From assembly GCA_965218295.1 (NCBI GenBank), contig CBDCKN010000015.1, forward strand, positions 1 to 64,000: a DNA stretch of 64,000 nucleotides, in the 5' to 3' direction. Shown piece by piece: positions 38,748-48,676 of the stretch (its first letter is position 1; each line of letters starts with the position of its first letter). This DNA comes from Longimicrobiales bacterium (GTDB lineage Bacteria; Gemmatimonadota; Gemmatimonadetes; Longimicrobiales; Gaopeijiaceae). The position numbers were made by a program, and so were the translations under genes. The notes beneath the pieces were generated by a model. It had not been told where the DNA came from. It saw nothing but the letters and a program-made list of their open reading frames with translations, and ran no database searches.

Positions 38748-40577
38748 TCACGCCCTCTTGCGCACCGCTCTCCTACGGGCGTGCGGGTCCAGGTGCCGCT
38801 TGCGCAGCCGGATGCTGTCCGGTGTGATCTCTATGAGCTCGTCGTCCTCGATGAACTCCAGAGCAAGCTCCAGCGTGACCTCCCGGGGAGGCTCCAACTT
38901 GATGTGCTCGTCCGAGGCTGTCGTACGTATGTTAGTGAGCTTTTTTCCCTTGCAGACATTGACGTCCAGGTCACCGGGGCGCACGTGCTCACCGACGATC
39001 ATGCCGCCGTAGACAGCTTCGCCGGGCCCGACGAACATGGTGGCCCGCTCCTGCAGGTTGAACAGCGCGTAGCCCACCGACGCCCCTTCACGGTCCGCCA
39101 CCAGCACGCCTCGCTTGCGGCTGGCCAGGGAGCCGGCGTGGGGACCGTACTCGAGAAACCGGTGGTGGAGCGTCCCCTCTCCCCGCGTGTCGGTGAGAAA
39201 CTCGGATCGATAGCCGAAAAGACCTCTGGCCGGCACCCGAAAGCGCAGACGAACGGGCCCCCGGTCGGTGGGCTTCATCTCGATCATCTCGGCTCGACGC
39301 GGCCCCATCTTCTCCATGACCGGCCCGATGAACTCCTCGGGGACCTCTATGACCGCCTCCTCGAACGGCTCCATCAGGCCCTCGGGAGCCTGCTTCTCGA
39401 TAACCCGTGGCCGGGACACCTGGAACTCGTAGCCCTCGCGACGCATGGTCTCCATGAGGATGGCCAGGTGAAGCTCGCCCCGACCCGACACGGCGAAGGT
39501 GTCGGGCACGTCGGTCTCCTCCACCCTGAGCGCGACGTTTCGCTCCAGCTCCTTCATGAGGCGATCGCGGACCTGCCGCGTGGTCACGAACTTCCCCACG
39601 CGTCCCGCAAACGGCGAGTTGTTCACCGTGAAGTCGACGGATAGGGTGGGCTCCTCCACGGCGATCCCTTGGAGCCGCTCTCGAGTCTCCGGATCGGTGA
39701 TGGTCGTGCCGATCTCCACTCCCTCCAGTCCCGCCACCGCCACGATCTCACCGGCCATCGCCTCCTCGATCTCGACGCGCTCGAGCCCCTCGAAGCCGTA
39801 GAGCTGGGTGACCCGACCCGGCATCACGTCCTCTGAGGCCACCGGTCCCGGCTCACCGAGCGGGAGGAGCGTCACCGAGTCGCCGACGCGCACGCTGCCC
39901 CGCTCGACCCGACCGATGCCGATGCGCCCCACGTAGCTCGAGTAGTCCAGCGTGGAAACGAGCATCTGCAACGGTCCGTCGGGATCGACGAGGGGCGGGG
40001 GAATGTGCTCGGCGATCGTTTCGAACAGGAGGTTCAGGTCACCACCGGAGCCATGGGGATCCGTGCTCGCCCAGCCGTCGCGGCCCACCGCATAGAGGAA
40101 GGGCGCGTCGAGCTGAGCGTCGGACGCCTCCAGGTTCATGAACAGCTCGAGGACGTCGTCGTGGACCTTCTCGGACCGGGCGTCGGCTCGATCCACCTTG
40201 TTGATGAGGACGATGGGCTGGAGGCCGAGCTCGAGAGCCTTTCTCGTCACGAACCTCGTCTGCGGCATCGGCCCCTCGGCCGCATCGACGAGGAGGAGCA
40301 CTCCGTCGACCATGCGCAAGATCCGCTCTACCTCTCCGCCGAAGTCGGCGTGGCCGGGCGTATCCACGATGTTCACCTTCATGTCGCCCCAGCGCACCGA
40401 CGTGTTCTTGGCGAGGATCGTGATGCCCCGTTCCCGCTCCAAAGGGTTGGAGTCGAGTACGCGCTCCTCCACGACCTGGTTGTCGCGAAATACGCCCGCC
40501 TGGCGAAGCATCTGATCGACCAACATGGTCTTGCCGTGATCCACATGGGCGATGATGGCGATGTTCCTGATGTTCAT
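38748..40577 (-). CDS. typA: Translational GTPase TypA/BipA
   Basis: AHVDHGKT, ERGITILAK, DTPGHADFGGEVER, GRGELHL, TPDSIRLRK. Confidence 0.97.
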   Translation of the reverse strand: MNIRNIAIIAHVDHGKTMLVDQMLRQAGVFRDNQVVEERVLDSNPLERERGITILAKNTSVRWGDMKVNIVDTPGHADFGGEVERILRMVDGVLLLVDAAEGPMPQTRFVTRKALELGLQPIVLINKVDRADARSEKVHDDVLELFMNLEASDAQLDAPFLYAVGRDGWASTDPHGSGGDLNLLFETIAEHIPPPLVDPDGPLQMLVSTLDYSSYVGRIGIGRVERGSVRVGDSVTLLPLGEPGPVASEDVMPGRVTQLYGFEGLERVEIEEAMAGEIVAVAGLEGVEIGTTITDPETRERLQGIAVEEPTLSVDFTVNNSPFAGRVGKFVTTRQVRDRLMKELERNVALRVEETDVPDTFAVSGRGELHLAILMETMRREGYEFQVSRPRVIEKQAPEGLMEPFEEAVIEVPEEFIGPVMEKMGPRRAEMIEMKPTDRGPVRLRFRVPARGLFGYRSEFLTDTRGEGTLHHRFLEYGPHAGSLASRKRGVLVADREGASVGYALFNLQERATMFVGPGEAVYGGMIVGEHVRPGDLDVNVCKGKKLTNIRTTASDEHIKLEPPREVTLELALEFIEDDELIEITPDSIRLRKRHLDPHARRRAVRKRA

Positions 40578-40737
40578 GGGATGACTCGGGGGGACTCGAT
40601 CTCAGAGCCCCGGGACAAAGGTTGCCGACGCGTCGGAGCCGCCGCCCGAAAGCGGTCGATCGTGAGCCCAAAAAGGTAACGGAAGGGCCCTATCCTCGGG
40701 ACCTGGAGACACGCCCAAAGCGGGCCCCACCGCCCGG

Positions 40738-41714
40738 TCAGTCTCCGAGCACGTGTGAGAAGATCAGGGGAGCCACGATGGAAGCGTCGGACTGGATGTG
40801 GAAGCGCGGCGTCTCGGGGGCCAGCTTGCCCCATGTGATCTTCTCGTTCGGAAGAGCACCGGAGTATCCGCCGTACGATGCCGGAGCATCGGTGATCTGG
40901 GCGAAGTATCCCCAGAAGGGGGTCTCTCGCTTCAGATCCTGGAGGATGCATGGTACCGCGCAGATCGCGAAGTCACCGGCGATGCCTCCTCCGATCTGAA
41001 AGAAGCCCGCCGAAGGTCTCCCCTCGCCCACCCCATTGCTCGCCAGATACCACTCCAGAAGGTGCTGGAACTGCTCCGTCCCCGACTCACGCAGTGATGG
41101 TGGGGGACGACGCCCATCATGACATTGGCCGCGAAAATGTTTCCCGTGGTCGAGTCCTCCCAGCCGGGGGCGTAGACCGGAATCCCCATCTCCATAGCCG
41201 CCAGCACCCACGAGTCCGCCGGGTCGATCTGGTAGCGTTCCTCCAAGGCACCGCCCCGCAGGATCTCGAACAGGAACTCCGATGGGAATCTCCGCTCGTC
41301 GGACTCGCACGCCCTCTTCCACTCCTCGGCAAGACGGCCCTCCACGTGGCGCATGACGTCCTCGGGAATGCACGTGTCGGTCACGCGGTTCATCCCTCTG
41401 CGGTAGAGACCGGCCTCATCCTCCGCACTCAACGCACGCCAGTCCGGGATGATCTCATACTCGTGATGGGCCAGGAGATTGAAGACGTCCTCCTCCAGGT
41501 TGGCGCCCGTACACGAGATGGCGTGAACATTCCCCTCGCGAATCATGCGGGCGAGGCTCACGCCTAGCTCACCGGTGGACATGGCCCCCGCCAACGCCAC
41601 CAACATCCTCCCACCGGCGCCCACATGGGCATCGTACGCCACGGCCGCCGCAAGAGTCTCCCGGGCGTTGAAGTGCCGGTAGTGACGTGTCATGAACTGT
41701 CGGATATGACCCAT
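40738..41714 (-). pseudogene. Deoxyhypusine synthase-like protein, frameshifted
   Basis: LAGAMST, CTGANLEED, IGGG, YGGYSGA..NEKITWGK, SDASIVAP. One base is missing at ~41087 (CV[K]SGTEQF). Confidence 0.85.
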
Positions 41715-41792
41715 GCGTAATTCTCCGCTACGGCTGCATAAGATTTCCTGGACTCATGTCCGGTGAAGCTTGTATCCTTGAGATACATTCGA

Positions 41793-42467
41793 ATGATCCA
41801 GAGGGACCAACCCGTGTTCGCACTCGTCTCCGTTGTAGGAATCCTCACCATGCTCTTGGTGGTGACGAGCTCCGTGGTGTACCTCGTGTTGCCACGTGGA
41901 CGCATGTGCCCACGCTGCGGTGGCTGCACCAGCCCCATCGTGCTGCGCAGGATGTTGCGCGTCCTTTCACCATGGGTCCAATGGCGGTGGTGCTTCCGGT
42001 GCGAGTGGGAAGGCCCAGGCAGAACGGGCCCGGAGCTGGGCATCCTCGACCCGCCGGTCGACCATGAATCCGGCTTCAGATGGGGTCACCCCAACCTCCA
42101 GGGCGTTCCGGTCTTCTACTGGAGAGACGAAACCGAGACAGCGGAGACCTCCGGCACCCCGTCGGCCCATCCTTCCGGGTTCGACTGGGCCTCGGACGAG
42201 CGGGAGGGCGCCGACCGACGGGTGGTCGAGCGCCGTCAGGCCCGTCGGGCCGATCACGCGTCAGGATTTCATTTTCGGGCCTCGGAGGAGGTCGCCCCGC
42301 CCGGCTTCCAGTGGGCATCCAGCAAGCGGTCGGCTGACGAGGACGCCGAAGAGCAGTCCCGTCCCCCCTCGCAGCGACCCTGGTATCTTGCCTGGTTAGT
42401 CTCCAAGGAGCCGCCGGGCTTTCAGTGGAAGGTCCAGGGGACTAGAAAGCCGCCAGCAAGCTCCTAG
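41793..42467 (+). CDS. Membrane-anchored Zn-ribbon protein with repeated (H/P)x(S/P)GFxW motifs
   Basis: TM helix, CPRC..CFRC, then HESGFRW, HPSGFDW, HASGFHF, PPGFQW, PPGFQW. Confidence 0.65.
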   Translation: MIQRDQPVFALVSVVGILTMLLVVTSSVVYLVLPRGRMCPRCGGCTSPIVLRRMLRVLSPWVQWRWCFRCEWEGPGRTGPELGILDPPVDHESGFRWGHPNLQGVPVFYWRDETETAETSGTPSAHPSGFDWASDEREGADRRVVERRQARRADHASGFHFRASEEVAPPGFQWASSKRSADEDAEEQSRPPSQRPWYLAWLVSKEPPGFQWKVQGTRKPPASS

Positions 42468-42502
42468 CTCCTCTTCATGACACGTCCGGGCAGTACCCGC
42501 CG

Positions 42503-42916
42503 CTAGTTCATCCGGTCAGCGCCGTCGGTGGTGCCACCGGTGAGAGGTGCCTCGAGGTCGAAGCGCGGAATGACGACCTCGAACTCCCGGCCGTCGGGAC
42601 GAACGAACGTGTAATACCCCTCCATGAAGCCCGCAGGCGAGCTCAGGATACAGAAGCTCTGGTACTCGTGAGAGTTGCCGGGCTTCAAGGTGGGCTGCTC
42701 TCCCACCACCCCTTCGCCGTCCACTTCCGAGTCCTCGCCCGTGGCGTCATGGATGTGCCAGTGGCGAAAAAGGAGCGTCGCCGGCTCGTCACCCCGGTTC
42801 TCCATCTGCACGAGGTATGTGAAGACGAACCTTCCCTCATCGGGGTCGGAGTGGGACAGGGAGAAGCTCGGTCGTACGGACACGTGAATCCCCTGCGTGG
42901 TCTTCTCATAGCTCAT
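42503..42916 (-). CDS. apaG: ApaG protein
   Basis: RHWHI, VDGEGVVGEQP, G.MEG.Y. Confidence 0.93.
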   Translation of the reverse strand: MSYEKTTQGIHVSVRPSFSLSHSDPDEGRFVFTYLVQMENRGDEPATLLFRHWHIHDATGEDSEVDGEGVVGEQPTLKPGNSHEYQSFCILSSPAGFMEGYYTFVRPDGREFEVVIPRFDLEAPLTGGTTDGADRMN

Positions 42917-43046
42917 GAGGGCATCATAGGCCGAACGCCCTCATGGCGCCAACGACCCGGAGAGGGCCTGCGGATGGGATGGGAGAACGCCTGTCCCGAG
43001 GCCGCCCCGGACTTTCCGCGCGTGTGGCGTTCGCCCATGTTTACGC

Positions 43047-43736
43047 ATGGAAGACCCCTCCCCCAAGCCTCTCACTCGATCGGTCGAGGACTACCTCAAG
43101 GCGGTCTACTCCCTCACCGAACGTGGTGAGGCCGCCTCCACCAGCTCCCTGGCCGCGGCCCTCGAAGTCCAGCCCGCATCAGTAACCGGGATGGTGAAGC
43201 GGCTGGCCGAGAGCGGCTACGTCGAGCATGCCCGTTATCGCGGAGTCCGGCTCACCGAGACGGGGACCCGGGAGGCGCTGAGGATCATTCGGCGGCACCG
43301 CATCCTGGAGACCTACCTGCACGTGCAGCTGGGTTACTCATGGGATGACGTCCACGCCGAAGCCGAGCGCCTGGAGCACGCCGCGTCCGAGGAGCTCATC
43401 GACCGCATGGCGGCCGTGCTGAAGTATCCCAGCCACGATCCTCACGGAGCCCCCATCCCGACCCGGGCTGGCGACATCGAGGCCTCCAACTTCGCCACCC
43501 TCGACGAGGTGGATCTCGGAGCCACCGTCCAGATACGGGCCGTCCAGGACGAGGACCCGGAGCGCTTACGGTATATGGAGGCGTTGGGGTTGACCCCGGG
43601 GGCGCTGCTCACGGTGGTGGATCATGCCCCCTATGACGGCCCCCTGACGGTGGCTTTGGCGGATGTCCCGGGCACCGAAGTCATCGGATCCGAGCTCGCG
43701 GCAAAGATCTTCGTCGCCCCTGTTCCCAGCGAATAG
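43047..43736 (+). CDS. DtxR/MntR-family metal-dependent repressor with FeoA/SH3 domain
   Basis: SVEDYLKAVY, RRHRILETYL, VHAEAERLEH, DPHGAPIP. Confidence 0.93.
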   Translation: MEDPSPKPLTRSVEDYLKAVYSLTERGEAASTSSLAAALEVQPASVTGMVKRLAESGYVEHARYRGVRLTETGTREALRIIRRHRILETYLHVQLGYSWDDVHAEAERLEHAASEELIDRMAAVLKYPSHDPHGAPIPTRAGDIEASNFATLDEVDLGATVQIRAVQDEDPERLRYMEALGLTPGALLTVVDHAPYDGPLTVALADVPGTEVIGSELAAKIFVAPVPSE

Positions 43737-43789
43737 GACACCGTCGACCCGTCCGCCTGGGCAACCTCCCCCCCGACCGTCGGGCGCGG

Positions 43790-43982
43790 CGTCCAGTGGG
43801 CCCACGCCTACGCCGAAGGTGACCACGTCGCCCTGGGACAGGGGTTCACCGAGCGCATCCTCGTCCACTCCCGGAGCCTCGAGGATTCGCCCCACGCTCA
43901 CGTGCCCCGGGATGATCGGATAGGGCACGCCGGCTAGGCGCCCATGGTGAAGGTGGACATCCGTTCCACACACCTCGCGGAC
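43790..43982 (-). pseudogene. Fragment of a Zn-dependent alcohol dehydrogenase
   Basis: EVCGTDVHLHHG...YPIIPGH.SVG..GDVV only; start and C-terminal majority missing. Confidence 0.75.
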
Positions 43983-44059
43983 TGACCGCGTGCTCGTTAG
44001 TGTCTCTCGTTCTCAGGCGTTGGCCCCGCAGTCAACATACACCGTAACGCCAATCCAAA

Positions 44060-45049
44060 TTGAACAAAGTTCTCGCACGGCTCCAAGAGTGGCCCCGGAG
44101 CTCATTCGTCAGGGAGCCCACACCCCTGCTGCAGGCACCGAACCTGGCCCGCGTCCTCGGAAGAGAGGCGTCCGACGTGCTCCTGAAGATGGACGCCGAG
44201 ACCTCCTTCGGACTGGGGGGCAACAAGGCAAGGAAGCTGGAGTTCGAGCTGGCCCCACCACGTCTGGAGGGGGCGACGTGCGTCATCACATGTGGCGGCC
44301 CTCAGTCCAATCACTCCCGCCTGACCGCAGCGGCTGCGGCCCGCCTCGGCCTTCGATGCATCCTGGTCGTGAACGGGGACATCCCCGATCCCCCCTCAGG
44401 GAACGCCTACCTCCACAAGCTCTTCGGCGCCGAGATACACCCTGTCAATACCCGGGAGGAGCGCGATTCGGCCATGGCGGCAGTAGCCGCGGAGGTCGAG
44501 GCGAGCGGAGGCAAGGCCATCGTCATCCCCCTGGGTGCCTCGACTCCGCTGGGAGCCCTGGGCTACGTGCGGGCCGCCGGCGAGATCGTGGACCAGTGGC
44601 AGGCGCTTCCGGCCACCGGAACGACATGGGTCTTCGTCTCGGCCTCCTCCTGTGGCACCTATGCGGGGCTCGCCCTGGGCTTCGCCTTGCTAGAGCGCAC
44701 GGACGTGAGGTTGGTTGGCGTGAGCCCCGACGTCGATACCGAGGAGATTCTGGATCTTACCGAGAAGCTGTGCCGGGGTGCCGCAGAGCTGCTCCGCACC
44801 TCCATCTCGCTACCAGCGGATCTCCTGCTGCCTGCCGAGGACTACGTCGGGCCGGGGTACGGTATCCCCACGGAAGCGTCGAACGAGGCCATGTCGCTCC
44901 TGGCCCGCACCGAGGGAGTCCTGCTGGATCCGGTCTACACGGCCAAGACTGCCGCCGCCATGCTCGACTGGGCTCGGACGGGGAGGGCGCCCTCGGGCGA
45001 TCGCCTGGTCCTCTGGCACACCGGGGGCTATCCCGCCGCCTTCGCGTGA
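44060..45049 (+). CDS. D-cysteine desulfhydrase / ACC deaminase family PLP enzyme
   Basis: PTPL, GGNKARKLE, GPQSNH, GNAYL, LDPVYTAK, WHTGG. Confidence 0.9.
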   Translation: MNKVLARLQEWPRSSFVREPTPLLQAPNLARVLGREASDVLLKMDAETSFGLGGNKARKLEFELAPPRLEGATCVITCGGPQSNHSRLTAAAAARLGLRCILVVNGDIPDPPSGNAYLHKLFGAEIHPVNTREERDSAMAAVAAEVEASGGKAIVIPLGASTPLGALGYVRAAGEIVDQWQALPATGTTWVFVSASSCGTYAGLALGFALLERTDVRLVGVSPDVDTEEILDLTEKLCRGAAELLRTSISLPADLLLPAEDYVGPGYGIPTEASNEAMSLLARTEGVLLDPVYTAKTAAAMLDWARTGRAPSGDRLVLWHTGGYPAAFA

Positions 45050-45158
45050 TCGGAGCCCTCGTGATCGACCTCCGAGCGGGCTCGTAGCGCGCCTACCGGC
45101 CGCTCCTTATCTTCGAACAGTCCTGAGGACGTCCCCCTTCTACCTCCGTTTTCCTAAT

Positions 45159-46091
45159 ATGGACGTAGTAGATCACCTTAGCCGCATTCCGCTTTTCGAA
45201 GGGCTCGAGCCGGAGGCCCTCAAGAAGCTCGCGGGTCTTACGCGGACGGTCTCGTTCCCGACGGACGCCAGGATCGTGGAGATGGGTGAGTCGGGGCTCT
45301 CCCTCTTCGTCGTTCTCGAGGGGCAGGTGCGGGTTCTCTACCCGGCGAGAAGCTCCGATTTCGAGCTGGCCCGCCTGGGCCCCGGAGACTTTTTCGGCGA
45401 GATGGCCCTGCTCAACGACAAGCCTCGGAGCGCGACCGTTCAGGCCGTTGAAGACGTGGAGCAGCTTCTGGTCCTGGAGCAGGACGACTTCCGCGATGTC
45501 TTGCTCGAGGCGCCGTCGGTAGCCATCCAGCTCATCGAGAGCCTTTCGATTCGTATCCGCAGCGCCGACGAGCACATCAGCAGCCTCAGCGATAAGGCCA
45601 TGCGCGACCCTCTCACCGGGCTCATGAACTGACGAGCCTACAGGGAGCGCATCAAAGAGGAAGTGGATCGGGCCCTACGCTACGACGAGCGCTTCTCCCT
45701 GATCCTTCTCGACCTGGACCAGTTCAAGTCCATCAACGACACCTTCGGCCACGACGTGGGGGACGTGGTCCTCGGGTGGATCGGTCGGCTCCTGACCGAG
45801 CATACGCGCTCAGCCGACACGCCGTTCAGGATTGGCGGCGAGGAGTTTGCCATCCTGGCACCGAGCACGGAAGGCAGCGTCGCCCACAACGTCACGCAGC
45901 GCCTGGTGGAAGTGGTAGCCGAAGCCCGACCGCCTGTGGACTTCGAGCTGAGGGTCACGATGTCTGGTGGCTACGCCTGCTGCCCCGACCACACGGCTTC
46001 TCCCGAGGCACTGTTCACCTTGGCGGACAAAGCTCTGTTCCAGGCCAAGGCCGAAGGGCGTAACCGTGTCTGTCAGCCGGCGACGGACTGA
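45159..46091 (+). pseudogene. cNMP-binding + GGDEF diguanylate cyclase with an internal nonsense codon
   Basis: FGEMALL..PRSAT cNMP domain; DPLTGLMN*RA (TGA 45630-45632) continues in frame to DLDQFKSINDTFGH..GGEEF. Confidence 0.9.
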
Positions 46092-46093
46092 CG

Positions 46094-46136
46094 AAAAGAA
46101 AAAGGCCCGGTCGGCCTAAGAAAGCCAACCGGACCT
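46094..46136 (-). terminator. Intrinsic terminator
   Basis: AGGTCCGGTTGGC-loop-GCCGACCGGGCCT followed by TTTTCTTTT on the minus strand. Confidence 0.8.
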
Positions 46137-46252
46137 GGAGTCAGAACCTCCCCAGAACACCACCACCCCACGTCCTCACGACCACTGCGTCCGCACCGTA
46201 CCACCGGGAAAGTCCTGACACCTTCCGCACCGGCCCGATCCCATCCACTTTC
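46094..46252 (-). ncRNA. Candidate GGA-rich small RNA
   Basis: Intergenic, strongly G-skewed, about 8 GGA motifs, bounded by an ECF-like promoter and a terminator. Confidence 0.45.
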
Positions 46253-46254
46253 CC

Positions 46255-46289
46255 TACGTGTTGGATGCCAAAAGGGTTCAGTCGGTTGC
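46255..46289 (-). promoter_or_regulatory. Putative ECF-sigma promoter(s)
   Basis: GAAC(46279-46276)-N17-CGTA(46258-46255); an overlapping GCAAC-N17-CATCCAA is also present. Confidence 0.45.
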
Positions 46290-46350
46290 ATCCCCACCCG
46301 ATGCCCACATCACTATCTACACCGTTCAGAGCTCGGCATTACAGCAAGCT

Positions 46351-46758
46351 CTAGAGCGCCCGATACACTCCCACCCTCAGCGGCGGATCGATGCTGGAGT
46401 AGAAGTAGAGACAGTTCTCACCCTCCACCACGACGTTCTTCTGACGGGTCTTGGTCTTGGGGTAGTCCTTGCCCTGCTCGCTCTCGATGAAGAGGACCTG
46501 ACTCTCTTCGAGGCTCTCATGGAGAACCGAGAGCTGGGCCAGCAGATCGTCCAGCATGACGGACTCGACCTCGTCCTGCACATCTCCCTCGGCCTGGGCA
46601 GTCAAGCCGTGCTCTGAGAGCTTCTCGTGAGCCTGAAAGAACTCTTCGCCCGGCGTGGACACCTGGTGATCACGCATGAACGCAATCTCGGTGAGGGCCT
46701 TAGAGTCGAAATTCGTCTCGACGCTGTGCACGTCTTTGTCGTATCGGCGCAGTATCAT
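46351..46758 (-). CDS. Hypothetical protein
   Basis: 135-aa ORF just downstream of the helicase, with normal codon usage. Confidence 0.7.
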   Translation of the reverse strand: MILRRYDKDVHSVETNFDSKALTEIAFMRDHQVSTPGEEFFQAHEKLSEHGLTAQAEGDVQDEVESVMLDDLLAQLSVLHESLEESQVLFIESEQGKDYPKTKTRQKNVVVEGENCLYFYSSIDPPLRVGVYRAL

Positions 46759-46767
46759 TTCTCGTCA

Positions 46768-48048
46768 CTAATGCTCGAGAAGCTTCGCCAGCTCCTCGTC
46801 CGTGAGCTCGTCGGCGAGGCGAGATCCCATCCCCGTCGGCGAGCGGGAGTGCCGCCCTCGGGTAGGCGACGCGCTGGCGCCGGTTTGTGGCGTTCCCGCG
46901 TAGTCGAACTCGGGGAGGTGTATGCGCTCGAGCTCCCTGCCGATGTGATACGTGAGCGACTTGAAGGCCCCCAGATCTCCGGCGGCCAGGAACGTCACGG
47001 CGGTACCGACGGCCCCGGCGCGGGCCGTGCGACCGATCCGGTGTACATAGTCCTCCGGATCCTGGGGCACATCGTAGTTGACCACGTGAGAGATGCCCTC
47101 TACGTCCAAGCCGCGCTGGGCGATGTCTGTGGCCACAAGGACCCGCACCTTCTTCTCGGCGAACCGCTCCAACGACCTGGTCCGATGCACCATGCGGAGA
47201 TTCGAGTGCAAGGCCTCCGTGCGGATGCCGTCACGGTCGAGACGCGTCTCGAGCGCGTCGGCCCCCGCCTTGGTTCTCGTGAAGACCAGGACCTGCTCCC
47301 AATCCGGATCCTCCAGAAGACGCAGCAGCAGGTCCGGCTTCATCTCCGGCTTCACCGAGTACACCAGCTCGGTGATCCCCTCGGCCTTCGTTCCCGACGG
47401 AGCCACCTCGACCCAGACGGCCTCCCGGGTGATGCGAGAGGCCAGGTCGTGGACGCCGTGGGGCATGGTGGCCGAGAACAGCATGGTCTGCCGATCCCGG
47501 GGAGCCTCTCTCAGCACCCCCTCGATCTGAGGGCGAAAGCCCATGTCGAGCATGCGGTCCGCTTCGTCGAGGATCAACGTGCGCACCGCACCGAGCTTGA
47601 CCCTGCCACGTCCCATGTGATCGAGAAAACGGCCAGGCGTGGCAGTGATGACCTCCACGCCCTTCTGGAGTGCATCCAGCTGCGGGCCGTAACTGACCCC
47701 GCCGTAGATCGACGCAGACCGGATCTTCGTACCCTTGGCCAGGGCCTCGGTGTCATCAGACACCTGCTGGGCAAGCTCCCGGGTGGGGCACAGCACCAGG
47801 ACTTGAAGTCCTCCACCCGCCTCGATCTTCTCCAGGCAGGGGATCATGAAGGCGCCGGTCTTTCCGGTACCGGTCTGGGCGATCCCCACGAGATCGTGCC
47901 CCTCGAGCCCCGCCGGGATGCCCTTCGTCTGAATGGGAGTCGGACGCTCCCACCCCAGGGACTCGATGGCGGCGCGCAATGCGTCCGATACACCCAGGGC
48001 CTCGAAGGTCATGCCCTCAGTCGCTTCATCTCTGGTCTCGTCTTCCAC
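46768..48048 (-). CDS. DEAD-box RNA helicase (RhlE-like)
   Basis: PTPIQ, GTGKT, PTRELA, TPGR, DEAD, SAT, RGLD, HRIGRTAR. Confidence 0.95.
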   Translation of the reverse strand: MEDETRDEATEGMTFEALGVSDALRAAIESLGWERPTPIQTKGIPAGLEGHDLVGIAQTGTGKTGAFMIPCLEKIEAGGGLQVLVLCPTRELAQQVSDDTEALAKGTKIRSASIYGGVSYGPQLDALQKGVEVITATPGRFLDHMGRGRVKLGAVRTLILDEADRMLDMGFRPQIEGVLREAPRDRQTMLFSATMPHGVHDLASRITREAVWVEVAPSGTKAEGITELVYSVKPEMKPDLLLRLLEDPDWEQVLVFTRTKAGADALETRLDRDGIRTEALHSNLRMVHRTRSLERFAEKKVRVLVATDIAQRGLDVEGISHVVNYDVPQDPEDYVHRIGRTARAGAVGTAVTFLAAGDLGAFKSLTYHIGRELERIHLPEFDYAGTPQTGASASPTRGRHSRSPTGMGSRLADELTDEELAKLLEH

Positions 48049-48181
48049 CAGGGTTCTTCTCGGGATGGGCCGGCAGGGACCACGACTCGGCATGAATGTG
48101 GGGTGCGGCTGGCTCGGGATCAGCCTATAAGTTTAGGGTAAAGGTCCGAGATTCAAAGACTTCATACGCCACCGGTCTGCC

Positions 48182-48676
48182 ATGACGAGCACTCCCGAGA
48201 TATCCGTTCTATTCGTCTGTCTGGGTAACATCTGCCGATCACCGCTGGCCGAGGGGGTGCTGTCCCACCGGCTAGAAGAGGCAGGCCTGTCCGATCAGGT
48301 CTATGTCGACTCCGCAGGCACGGGGGCCTGGCACGTGGGGCAGGCCCCGGACACCCGGTCAGCGGCGGTGGCCGAGCGAAACGGAATCGAGCTCCGGGGC
48401 CGCGCACGTGGCGTGCGCATCGAGGACTTCTTCGAGTTCGAGCTCGTCCTGGCCATGGATCGCGGCAACCTCCAGGACCTGAAAGATCTCGAGTCCGGTA
48501 GCGGATCCGACGCTGCCATCAGGCTCTTCCGGGAGTTCGACCCGGAGCAGGATGGCGATCCCGACGTCCCGGATCCCTACTACGGGGGCCCCGATGGCTT
48601 CCAGCGGGTCTTCGAGATGGTCGATCGGACGTGCGCGGCCTTGGTGGATCATCTACGTCGCGAGCTCGCCTCGTGA
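48182..48676 (+). CDS. Low-molecular-weight protein-tyrosine phosphatase
   Basis: VCLGNICRSP, DSAGT, VPDPYYG. Confidence 0.95.
   Translation: MTSTPEISVLFVCLGNICRSPLAEGVLSHRLEEAGLSDQVYVDSAGTGAWHVGQAPDTRSAAVAERNGIELRGRARGVRIEDFFEFELVLAMDRGNLQDLKDLESGSGSDAAIRLFREFDPEQDGDPDVPDPYYGGPDGFQRVFEMVDRTCAALVDHLRRELAS

Noticed and set aside
45630..45632. TGA recoding (Sec, Trp or Gly) in the GGDEF and LeuB-like genes
   Set aside because: Both TGAs are at probable Arg positions (CGA>TGA), and many intact genes here end in TGA.
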